A stretch of 64,000 nt of DNA from Argiope bruennichi. Lineage: Eukaryota. Numbering within the stretch: the stretch's first letter is position 1; every line of letters begins with the position of its first letter. The notes below the pieces were generated by a model that saw only the letters and a list, made by a program, of their open reading frames with translations, did not search any database and was not told where the DNA came from. The position numbers and the translations under genes were made by a program. Location of the stretch: NCBI RefSeq assembly GCF_947563725.1, contig NC_079163.1, forward strand, positions 54,630,922 through 54,694,921. Direction: 5' to 3'. Positions 11,380-23,397 of this stretch are shown piece after piece.

Positions 11380-11940
11380 TATCAAATTTTTGACGAAATG
11401 CTTCAGTGAAAAGTGTGCATATCTATTCTTGAGTGTATGCGTTTGTTAAATGAAAAATATTAAAAGCTGGATGGACAGCATTTATCTTGCAGTTTCATCA
11501 TTAGAATTGTTTATCTACATCAAGCTTTGGATCAAATTCATCAATAGGTAACTGTATCTCTATCTGTATATTTGAGTGTATATGAACAGGACAGCTCCTA
11601 AACTTTAAAGAGCTAGAGAAATTACACATGTGAGTTTATCACTAGAATGCCAGATTTTATTACGTGTTGGACCTAATCCGTCATATGAATGATTTTACGT
11701 TGATATATCAATGCATACGCATGTGATCGTTAGAACTCAAAAATCCATCCTTTTAACTCTAAAACTCTTAATACACCAAAGGAGTGATTTTACGTTGATA
11801 TATCAATTTATATGCATGTGATCGAGAGAACTCAAAAATCCATCCTCCTAACTCTAAAACTCCTAATCCACCAAGGGAGTGATTTAACGTTGATATATCA
11901 ATTCATATGCATGTGATTGAGAGAATTCAAAAACGCTAGA
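11380..11940. repeat. older, diverged relatives of the 149-bp satellite monomer, including 3 tandem units of about 104 bp at 11685-11935
   Basis: TTGGACCTAATCCGTCATATGAATGATTTTACGTTGATATATCAATGCATACGCATGTGA aligns with the satellite core TTGGACCGAATCCATCACAAGTGTGATTTTCTGTCAATATGCCTAACATGTGTATATGA at about 70% identity. A similar homologous piece lies at 11505-11585. Confidence 0.6.
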
Positions 11941-13062
11941 TGTATGAAGTTTGATATGTGAAATTTGCCACAAAACTTTTAATCAAAGTGAATTTTAGGT
12001 CAAATTCGATCAACTACAAGAGATATTATTTCAAAATTTACTGCACTACACAACGAAACTAAACACAAAACCTACCATATTATGTAAGTATACTAAAAAT
12101 ATCTAGTAATAGATATACAAGTTTGTTTTTTACAGTTTCATTTGAAAATAAAATTGATAATTATGCTTGTATATTATTAAGAAAATATCAGTTTATTGGA
12201 AGGAAAATTTTGTTTTTAAGTTAAAATAGCATTTAACATTTAAACAGAAATTTGAGATCTTTTACATCATAAGAATTTCTAGAGACAGATAAAATTCATT
12301 TCAAATTTATCCTAAAATTATTTTCTTGAAAAGGAACAGCAGACCAGGGAAGACGATACAAAGGTAATCAGTAAGGTAAATCCAATTTTATGCTAAAATC
12401 TCTTCCTCGTATCTTCAGAAATCAAATTTTGATAAAAATTCTCTTGTTTATACCAGTTCAGGATCTTTTCTCAATCATGCAACGAAAATCTAAAATCCTA
12501 CATAGTATTTTGCAGTTTTTCCTTTCCTTTGAAACTCCGTAGGATTTTCTGAAAAGTTCAGTAAAGGCAAAGCTGAATGAAAATGCTGCAGTTGATTTTT
12601 CAGAAAAAAAGGGGGATTCAGCGAAGAAAAGTGTTTAATAATTTAGACGTGCATTAGCATCATTCCTGGCATAAGCCCGAACTTCAAAAATGTACTGGAG
12701 AATTCCTCTTCAGGGAGAAAATAGAAGGTTAAAACAAATTCTCTATGAATGAAACTTCCCTTAATCAATATTCAGTTGGGTTTCAATTGAACAAAATTTC
12801 CTCGCTCCTTTTAAGAACTTCGTTATAAAGATATTCTTCTAATAAAGAAATTTGTAAATAAATAGAGAATGCAAAAGTAGAGTTGTTTTTTTTAGGATTA
12901 AAAAAGTTTTTGTCAATAATAACCAACATGTTGAATACAAATAAACTTTATGAATTAATTACAAAATATAAGTTTGCCGAAATATTGTAAAAATCAATAA
13001 AAAGCCCTCTAGTAACAATTTTGATAACAAATTTTTTTTCTCTGTTAAATGCCTTTCATGTC

Positions 13063-13230
13063 TCAACCAGTTAACTGTTTTTGATGAGTATACTCGTCAT
13101 AGAAAAAGAACAGCATTTTGCTTTATGACGAGTTATTCGTCAGGAGAAGTAAGTAGTAAATATAGCTAAATTTTTTTGGCACAATTTAGATACGCATTTT
13201 CCGAAGAGGTCGAAACGGTTAACTGGTTCA
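13063..13230 (+). mobile_element. MITE-like element with TIRs of about 15 bp (AACCAGTTAACTGTT ... AACGGTTAACTGGTT) and an internal hairpin-forming core
   Basis: Terminal inverted repeats lie at 13063-13078 and 13213-13228. Internal palindromic pieces are GATGAGTATACTCGTCAT and ATGACGAGTTATTCGTCAG. A second, inverted copy lies at 16085-16575. Confidence 0.5.
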
Positions 13231-15479
13231 GAAGCTTGACAAATTTCATTGCATTCAGATGATTATTTACAGTTATATCATGCTCTGAATATGTTAACTT
13301 TATGCATCTATACAAAATACAAACAACATTATTTTTGTAGTCCTTAAATTAATTCGTAATAAGATTTTCTTTTTTTTCCTCAGAAAAACCGTTCTGTTCT
13401 TCACTTATCCAGCTATCTAGAAATTGCGTTATTCACTTAGGATCTTTTCCCAATTAATTCAGATATGTGAAATTCTGCTAACATCCCATAGATATATGCA
13501 GAATAGTATCATGCAAATGAACATCTTTTAAGAATCCTGATCCTAAAATGTGTTGGTCCATAATCAACTAAAGTATTTGCGATAAACACAGAAAGTCACA
13601 AGTTTATGATCTGACATAAAAACTTTGATAATGAATGATAAAATAACAAAGCCAGGGTTTATTTTCCCGGATAGATAATTATTGATAAATAAGAGTTATT
13701 ATTATCTTCTGTAAGATCGATACAGAAGTTGCACCAGTAAAAATTTTTTCTTCTGGTCACAGGTGGGTACAAGAATTGCCTAAAGTAGTGGGTACAATGT
13801 CACCTAAATTATTAGGATCTTATTCCCTTTTCTCCCAATGGAACTATCTTTCTGTCCTCGTTACAGGATGATTACATAGTTTCTCTATCTGGTTTTATTG
13901 GATTTCACAATGTATGATGATCATATTTATTGTTAATGAATGAAAGCATAGCAAGGTTTTTTTTTAAAAAGAATTCCCTTTTTGGGGGAGGAGGGAGAGA
14001 ATGTCCATTTTTTTTATTGCGGTGTGATTACTTTTCCTTTGGTTTTTAAATCATTCTTTAACCCATTTTATTAATAAAAATTCATCTCGTCTTTTTTGAA
14101 ATACAATTATATTTTACTTTATTTGTTTCATGATTGTAAAAATGGAATTTTGTATTATTTTTTTTACTTAGCTCCTGATGTGCCAGAATTTTGAAATATT
14201 GTACACTTACATTCTAAGTATCGATATACTGTTTTTATTTTTCCGTACTTAATTTTAGTTAATTCAATGCATATGAAAGTGAAATCTGATTTAATTAAAT
14301 TTAATTTTCATACGCTTAGCGCCATTTTATAGTGAATTTGAGATATAACTAATGTCAAGATATCATAATATTTATAATAATGAATCAAAAATATAAATTA
14401 AAAAAAATTAAAGATAATAAAAAATTTTAAAGGATCTAATTTTCAGTACACAAACAAAAATGTCTTTTTAAAAACAATTTTTACTTATTATGTTTCATAA
14501 TTTTATTTTTTCCAGTCAATAAAACATCACTATACAAAACTACATAATAAAAATGTTGTATAATAAATATAAGTGAATAAGATGTTCTTTTTTTTATTTT
14601 TTCAAATCATTCAAAATGTTATGAATTGTTCGTTTTATTAATTAAAGAAATATCAATAAGTAATAAATAATATTCATTAAAAATGGCGAGTAAAACCTTG
14701 CTTACGAGAATAAATAATAGATTATTTTAATTTGGACTCTTTCAATAATTAAAACTCTTTCTAAATGCTTGAAATAATCGCATTAATGCATTTATAATTA
14801 TCAAGATAACATCAAAATAAGATCACAAAAAACTGTGTATAAAAGCATATTGAATTCTCGATGACAATATTAAAAACTATTTCAGTAATTGACTAACTTA
14901 GGAGTTATCTTTTGCATTAACCTTCATTGAATTCATTAAATATATTTACGAATACGCGAATTAGATAATTTTAAATAATTTATGACTAAATTACAGGTTT
15001 CAGATTTAGCATTTGATTAATAGAGTAGAAACTAACTTTTCAGAGTAATTATAAATCGTTTTAGCTTCTCTTGGTGAAAGCGATGTAATCTGCACATTTA
15101 AAGCAGTCTGTTCGTAATAAATTGAATTAGTTTCCATTAATGAAAACGATTCACTACTTTTCAAATTTAAAATACAGCCTATTAACTATATCACAGTAAT
15201 GATATATTTGTTTGAACAAATATACTTTGAATTCAAATGCTTATTTATACGGATATATTAAGCTCGTGAATTTCATTAGGCATAATATATGTTTAAAACA
15301 TCAACGCAATAGTTTCAAAATTATAAAACAAATTTTAATTTATTTATTGCTCAAATATTCCTCATAATTATAAAATGAAAAATGATTCTTTGAAAAAAAT
15401 TAAATTTGTGTGTTTCGTCAGTTAATTTTCTTTGACGTCATTTTAATAAAATTCGTAAACAAATGTATTCGTAAACAAA

Positions 15480-15850
15480 AATTAAACAAATGTATAAAAT
15501 TCGCCATATTCATCTAATTTGGCAAATGAAAATAATATTGTGATTCTTTTCCGTAAAGCTATATTCGTATTTTCGACACCAAAGTTGGAACATTTTGACT
15601 TGCTTCTTTTCGCAGTCCTTTGAATGTGATTGAAAAGTCTCCAAATTCTCCCTCCGCTTCTAACGAAGCCATAGGCTACTTTTTTAGCTTTAAAAAGAAA
15701 TCCGCCAAGTGCCTTGTTCGAATGCCGAAGGCATCGCGAATTCTGTTACAATTCTTCTTTGTAAAGATCGCCACAGCCGGTTCGCAGAAATTCTTCATTT
15801 CGAATTTCAAAGAAGACAGGAGAAAATTACACAAAGCAGAAAAAGGATGT
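15480..15850 (-). pseudogene. mariner-like transposase N-terminal (HTH) fragment, with frameshift and stop
   Basis: The minus-strand translation KFEMKNFCEPAVAIFTKKNCNRIRDAFGIRTRHLADFFLKLKK*, continuing after a frameshift as ...VRSGGRIWRL..., parallels the mariner N-terminus (FEFKMGRKAAETTRNINNAFG...WFKKFCKGD...ERSGRP) in motif order and spacing. Confidence 0.5.
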
Positions 15851-16084
15851 AAGTTGTATGGTTATAACAGAAAAGTACCAACACTGCTTGTAAAAGTAGG
15901 AAATAATCAAGAAACGGTATAATACTGTTAAAATTTAAAGAGAAATGATAACTTACATAAGTAATTCTATAAAATTAATATAGCTTATGAAAATTATTCA
16001 ACTTTTTGATATACATTGGAATACAATCTATCGGAGATAATAAAAATTCATTAAAAAAAGACTATGCAAGTATAATTTTTGCAC

Positions 16085-16575
16085 TAAATTAACCAGTTAG
16101 TTGTTTCGAACTTTTCGGAAAATGTGTATTTAAACTGCGTCGCAAAAATTTAGCGATGACAAGCATACTCGTCAAACACAGAGTATGTGTAATATGAGAT
16201 AAATTTTATTTTTTCTATTTCAATAATTGCGTTTATTTATTAACTTAAACTAATATACATTTTTTTGCATATAAATGAAAAGAAACAAAAATTTAATTAA
16301 TTATTTTAATTTTCTCTTAGAGAATGGTTAGCGTAATAGAGAGAGCAAAGCATAATAATCTTTTATTTGTTCCTTTGATTTCAACTTGGCCTCAAAATAT
16401 TTTAAACATCTTGAAATTTACGAATATGTTTGAGTTTTTACTAAAACTTTAATTCAAACTGCAAATTGTCGCTACTTATTACTCCTGACGAATAAACTCG
16501 TCATGACACAAAGTGTTGCACTTTTTCCAAGACGAATATACTCGTCAAAAACAATTAACTTGTTAAAGACTGTAG
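16085..16575 (-). mobile_element. second copy of the AACCAGTTAAC-TIR MITE, split by an AT-rich internal insertion of about 300 bp
   Basis: The reverse complement of 16468-16575 matches 13063-13165. The reverse complement of 16085-16160 matches 13170-13235. The two halves are separated by 16160-16468. Confidence 0.45.
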
Positions 16576-18599
16576 TAAATATTTATTACGAAAGTAGAAT
16601 TTGAATATTGATTGTTATCGATAATCACAGATCTTTTCATTATTGTGTGTGTCAGTTGAAATCATTTTAAAGCATTAATATGTGTTAACCCATCTTATAT
16701 TTGAAATTTTATTTGGAGCAGTCAGAAACCTCATCTAATATAATGCTTTAGATCATAAAATATCCAAACTTCCTTTAAGTTGATGCGATATTTTAGAAAA
16801 GACGCTTTGAGAATTGAGTCAATAAAAGCTGCCATAAATTGAGAGGGCTTTGAAAAGTTTTATATTTCAGAGTAAAGTATAAAAATGTGTCATCTACCAT
16901 TTTTAAAAATAAAAATGTGGCACTAATTTCATAGCTTTAGAGTTAAAATGATATATTTTAATCTTTTATTAATCATTTAAATAGCATACGCTGAATGAAA
17001 GCCTCTTATTATTATATCAAGTGGTCAGTTTTGAAAATCACTTTTTTTCCCGTCACACTAAACTTTTTCCCTAACAAGATTGTTCGCAGCCAATGAGAAT
17101 TGTCCCTATTTAAAAAAAAAATTCCCGATCGAGATTTAATTGTGAGATTTTTCTTGATCACGGGGTTCACAGTTAAGTGCCATTTTTTATACCGTGAAGT
17201 TGCAAATAATAAATGTCAATATTTACGATTGCAGGAATAAGAATTCAATTTTTGATGCCAATTCTTGAGTTTGTCTTCAGGAACGAAATAATGAAAGGGG
17301 CGATAAAAGCGGTTCATCTGTGCATCATTCCGAGAAGAAAATTTAAAGGTAGGATTATCAATTTAGCGAAGTTTTAGAAATCTGAAAGCATCAAAGCGAC
17401 ATAATTAATAATTGTTTATTCAAGAAAATGCCCAATAATATTATAAATGGAACCATAATTAAAAAATGGCAAAATCATTAAATTAATTATTGAAGGTGAT
17501 AATTCTTTTTTAAATTATTTTTCTCTGAAAGCAATTTGTTATTTAAGTCAAGATCAGAAATGATTCTAACTTATTTGATTAACTGGATTCATCTTGAATC
17601 TTGTGTATTATTTAAAATGTAAACTAAGATTTCGTAAAATCTACTTTACTTGTGTTTTCATTTTTAAAAATTTACAAATACCTTGAAAAATGGGTATATT
17701 TCAATATCATAATTATTTCAATATAATTCTGTTGTATTCCAACATACAACGATGTTATCTTCCAAAGACAATAAAGATCTTCTATTTGTCTTCCAAAAGA
17801 TCTACAAAAATTCTGAGAAATATTAATGCAAAGAATTTCTCCATATTACGTGCGCCTCTTCTTGTTGAGTAGTTCACAATTCAATTCGTAAGGAAATATG
17901 GTTATTCCAAATTTTTATATTGTATTTGTTTCGCTAATGCTGTCATTTTTTCAAACTTATCTTTAATATAATGGTTTATTTTGGCCGATTATTTAACTTA
18001 CATTTTAAACCAAGGACTAACTTAAAAACCGCTTACTCAAGATCAAACACTTAGCGTAAATGATGCATGCAAATGTTTGCATTTGTAACATGTATATGCA
18101 AATGTTTAAAAAACTTTAAGATGCTCATAAAAAATGCCTTGGTTTCGGAAACTTTATACAAAATAAAATTCTAGTAAAAAGATTATCGAAGTTTTTAATA
18201 CTAGCAACAATATACTGAAAGGTTGAAGGGCAATATTTAATCAACTGATTTGCACTTACATTTTTACTGTCAATACTCAAAATTTTAGAACATTATAAAT
18301 TTTACTTTATCCTTATCTTTATTTTATGTTTACTAATGATTTTATCAACTTGATATTAATGTCTAATATTTGGTGTGTCTTTTTAATCGTCCTTTTATTT
18401 TTACTCCTGCTAAATGTTAAACGTTCCTTTTAAATCTTTGACTTACTCCTACTGGATATTCTTCACTTTATTACTAAAAATTGACTATTCAAAATTGATT
18501 AAATTTTGAATTTTATTTTCTTTAGAATTAGTGAAACTGCCATAAATCTGTCCATTATCACATGTTTTTATAGTAATTATTGACATTTAGAAAATATCA

Positions 18600-18960
18600 A
18601 TGTCCGTAATTGTTAAAAAAGACCCACTTTGTGGGTTTTTTTAATTGGTTTTGTCACTGTGGAGTTTTTATTATTTAAGTTTGTTTTTTGTGAAGATCTT
18701 TTTAACAGTTTTAAATTTGGTTCTTTTTTTTATTTTAGTTTCTTTTTTCAATATAGTGTTATTTTTTGTGTGTTAATATGTTTTTGATATTCTTCGAGTG
18801 TATTGTAGTGTTTTGTTGTGTGGCATTTGCATTTTATGGAGCGATTTTAATTGTATCCTTGTATTTAATATTTATTGTGGAGTTTTTGATGTCTTCATGT
18901 TTAGTTTCTATTTTCTGTGTTTTAAAGATTTTAATTGTGCTCATGCTGTTTTTCTCTTCT
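18600..18960 (+). repeat. strand-asymmetric GT-rich low-complexity tract (almost no C or A on the + strand)
   Basis: Direct inspection shows runs of T(3-8) separated by G, GTG and TGTG. The ORFs listed at 18766-19080 are compositional artefacts. Confidence 0.6.
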
Positions 18961-21900
18961 ATCTTGCAACCTATTGGGTTGGCAGAGCCAATGAGGGGGT
19001 CTAATAAGCTAATTAAGCAAATGTTTGTATTACCAAACAATACAGAACAAGTACAGATCTTACAGAATTCATTTACTTAATTTGATTGAAACTTGTTTGG
19101 AAATTATTCAAGAAATACTTTTGTTCTAACTCCGTCAGTTTGAACTACAGTCACAAGACATACATGATAAATTATTTTGCGGAAACAAGTATCAACCCCC
19201 CGATCCTTCGATAGCCACTAGGAAATCACGCTCTTTGATCTGTCTGGATAGTCTAATTTAACATTTAACGCTCCTTTGCCATCCAAAAACTAATTAGATG
19301 CTTAATGCTTTGCTGGTCGCATTCCCTGGTTAAATTCCTTGAAAGACATCTCAATTACTTTGATTAGCAATCAAAATCATTACTTGCGTGCTCAGTGAAG
19401 GTCTATCTGTTTCGTTTGAATAAAAGAAAATGTTTTAGGCTTAAAGTATGTTTGTGAACTTATGTCTTAGTAGCAGTACCTATGGAGTGGTGAAAGTTAA
19501 ATCAAAACTGATAATGCAACAAACTGTTTACCAGGTGTAGGTAAGCCTAACCAAATTCAGTAAGTCTTCAAACTTTTTGATCCAGATAGTTGTCCAGATA
19601 GTTTTCATAGTAAATTTAGAAGGATACTTTATTTAGTTTCAGATATATCTCTCAAATAAGATAAAATGAATGTCTAATTTGATAATAAAAAAATAAAAAA
19701 ACCTCATAATTTACCTCCAAATTTTCTGTCATTTTTTAAGGAAAATCAAGATCCTGCTTCACAAAATGAAGTCGGCAAATTTGTAGACCGATGAACATCT
19801 GTCATGCAGAGCAATAGATATTATATACTTGGTTAATAAAGTTATATTTTTAAATTTTAATTTTAATTAAAATTTAAATTTGTATTTTAAAATTTTGTTT
19901 AAAGAATATTAATATATTGTACACAAGTTTTTGCAATGATTCAATATAATTTAACTAGAGATCAAATCTGTTCATACAGGTCAGATATCTTCACAATGGT
20001 TTCAGGTGGAAGTTTGAAAAAGTACATATTCATTATATGGCCTTGGTGTCGGACTCAAAATTTTGAAATATGCCCAAAAAATGCTCTAGTATGACTTCAA
20101 AATGGGAATACAGTTTTATTGAACTGAACAAAGATTTAAGAAAATGATTTTCTACGACATTCCCAGAATGTTGAAACAGTGAATTATAATTCTGTCATAC
20201 AGGAATTCATAAAAAAGAACTCTGCACGTTACAGTTACATTTAGTTAGTGCATGTGTTTACCATTTAAAGTATAATAATATTTTTTTTTAATTTCTTAGA
20301 TTTACTGTCATGAATCATGCCTTAGGTTCATATAATTGATTTAAATGCTTAAGGGCTGAATTATTTTTTAGTGTAATATATACATACAAAGAACAAATTA
20401 ACGCGGGTTCCATACTTAAGTTTACTTTATAACATGACCTCTACTGTCTTTTGATTATAAATCACTTATAAAAAGTCAGATTCTTAGTACGGGATTAAGA
20501 GATGTCACATTTTTTAATGATAATAGAGAATACGCCATCTAACTAGATAATAGGTGCAAATTACAGGCCTCAGTCAAATAGTATTAGAGGCATCCGAAGT
20601 GATAAGATAATTCTCGAAAACTTCGATCATTCATCGCAGAAATTCTTTTAAAATATTTAATAAGACTTAAGCAACATAGTTATCTTTAAAGGCATTGCTG
20701 ACTGAAATTTAAATCAAATGGAGCATCCTAAAATATAAGTAAATTTACGGAAATTTAAATAAATTTACGGAAATGAATTTCTTATTTCAAAATATCTTCC
20801 CGAAGATAGCGTCCAAAGATAATTAGAGATTGAATTTCTTTGCTCATCTGTTGCGAATCTTAATTTTTACTCCAAAATACAAAAAAAAGCTTTATTTTAA
20901 TCCCGAATCTTTCCCTTCTTCATTTTCTTGTTAATAGCATCTTATGAAACCACCCTCTCGTTTAATAAGCTGTAGATCTCAAGAGACTTAACATCGAAAA
21001 ATAAATAACTTTTGCTTATAAAAGTAAACGCATTCGGAGTAAATTATATCTTTAAATTAGGGTAGTAAGCGATGAGAATCTTATCTTAAAAATCAGTACA
21101 TCTCGAACAATAAGTTCCGATCCCACTTGGGGCCGCGAACATTAATTTTGAGGTTGCAAAAACGCAAATAGAAGGAGCTTCTTTCAATTTCTTTAATGTA
21201 AGCAAACAAAGGTAATTAAAAATACTATCTTGATTTAGAATATTTCGTCAAGATTTTGTAAAACATAAGACCAAACTGTTTATTTAATACTAGCAGCCTT
21301 TGGTGACCAACTGGTTCTCTAGGAAATATTAGATGGTTTCAATTTCATTTAAATCTTTTGTGTATTACTTGCTATTCCTAATTTCCTTAATTAAGAATTT
21401 ATAAGCATCACATTTTGATATTAAAGTTGTGTTATTTTAATAGTCTTACACTTGTTCTGTTTATTATTTTATGGAGTCAAGTCCCGTGACATCCTATTAT
21501 CCTTATGTATCTGGGTAATCTATTTTCAAAATACGCGCTTTCTTTCACGGTAGTGTGACTTCACATTCTTATTCCTCAAGCACAAATAATGAACAGAATT
21601 ATTCTTTTTTACCTTTCAACAAGAAAGGAAACAAAACGATTAAGTATTTGATGAAACAATGAAAATAGTTTAAATTTCCTTACAACAATGACATATACTG
21701 TTAAAAATTACGCAATTAAAAAAATTGACGGAATTCCGGAAATCATCACGTTAAACAGTTAATTCATATCATTGAAAAGATAATTTTCTGAACATTAAAA
21801 GAATTTAAAATAAATTCTTGTGCAATGATATTTCTGGGAATTAACGTATGAGTCGCTTACATTTCACTAAATTAAAATTTTAATAAAAGTTTGAAAAAAT

Positions 21901-22182
21901 TTCGTCCAATTGTACATTTTTTCTCTAAACCAATGTACCAAACTTGGTACTTCAGATAAAACAATAGGGACAATAGAGCACCAAGATACACATACTCATT
22001 CTCCCTTCTTATTAGTAGAGATTTATTAAGGCATTATTAATCTATTTTTTCCTATTTATATGTAGATTTGGGTTTCCAAAACAAATTTTCTTTCACAAAT
22101 GAGGTATTTAGATATCCTGAAAATTTATTTATAAATCGATAATTATCGAACCTTCCTCTACACTTCTCTTCAAAATATAAAA

Positions 22183-22326
22183 TCCTCCCTCTGGTGTGGT
22201 GTGAAAGTTTGGAGAGTGGGTGCTAGCTAAGTTGTCGTCCTCATCATCTGACCGTGGTTCAGAATTACGAGGTCCGTCCCAAAATATCCCTATTATTGCT
22301 TTAAAAATGGACATTAATATAACTGA
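22183..22326 (+). mobile_element. tRNA-derived SINE family 1, 5'-truncated copy (3' half only)
   Basis: It aligns to 32680-32810 of the full copy: CTGGTGTGGTGTGAAAGTTTGGAGAGTGGGTGCTAGCT...GGTCCGTCCCAAAATATCCCTATTATTGCTTTAAAAATGGACATTAATATAACTGAA. Confidence 0.7.
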
Positions 22327-23397
22327 ATTGACTGCATTCATAAGCTGATTTGTTGCAATTATTCCTTTTTATTCGATTTTTTGATATGATAAACCGCCTG
22401 TTTTTAGTTCAGTTATGCAGTATCTTTCGTAGCTTCTATTTCTTTTATTTATTTTTATCATATTTACAAATTCTACATCTATAAAATATATATACTAAAT
22501 TATCTTTATGACAAGTTTTCAGTATTACGTTATTATCAGTTTTTAGTAACTTGTAAGATTTTTTTTTTATTTCGCATCTGCTTTTATAAAAGTTTTATCA
22601 TTATTCCACCGTGACAATGTTTAACGGCATTAAAATGTTGCGTAAAAGGGACTCTGCAACACAAAATTATGCAAAAGTATACAAAACTAGAAAGATTTAA
22701 GACAGAGAATTTTGAAAGAAAGTCATTGTAGAGTGATGTTTTTCAAAATGGCTTCAAGGAAAGGTTTTCGCTTATACTAATATTGTCTCAAGATATGCTA
22801 TATATTTGTTAACAATATTGTGCTATTATTTATTTGTTAATTTTAATATATCATACATTATAACAACAAATTCAAAATGGAAAACTTTACACTTGACGTG
22901 CCTTAAAAATTTGTTTTGAAACCCTGCTATCATATTCTTATTGAGTTAAGATATTTTGATTTTTAATATAAAACTTATATTACTTGTAATGTACACCGGT
23001 TCTCTCGCTTTCAATGTATTAAATCTCACCTAATTTATTCATTAAATGTGCATCTCCTATCATTAACTTATACAACTTCCACATACTTTTACAAATCAAA
23101 TTTCATTATGAAACTACGGCATTTTTTAATGAATAATCTTTTTCATTGAATGAAATATTTTTGAGAAACCATGTAAGAAAATTATCTTTTGTTGAAATTC
23201 ATCCAAGATCAACCAGACGTCCTTTATTCTGGCCTTTTAAAATGGAATTAATAAATATGAAGTATGGAATATTTAAATATCATTTCAAAGATGCCTACGG
23301 TGATAAAAAGAAAACGTAGAATTTAACTGAAATTTACGAAACTTTTCAAAATATGTAAATGTATAATTTATGAGGATAGAGAAAAAAGAATTAAATT

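Noticed and set aside
18766-19080. Three overlapping ORFs of 68-104 codons rich in F, L, C, V
   Set aside because: They lie in the GT-rich strand-biased tract. The absence of A on the top strand suppresses TAA, TAG and TGA stops only partially by chance. This is a compositional artefact with no coding signal.
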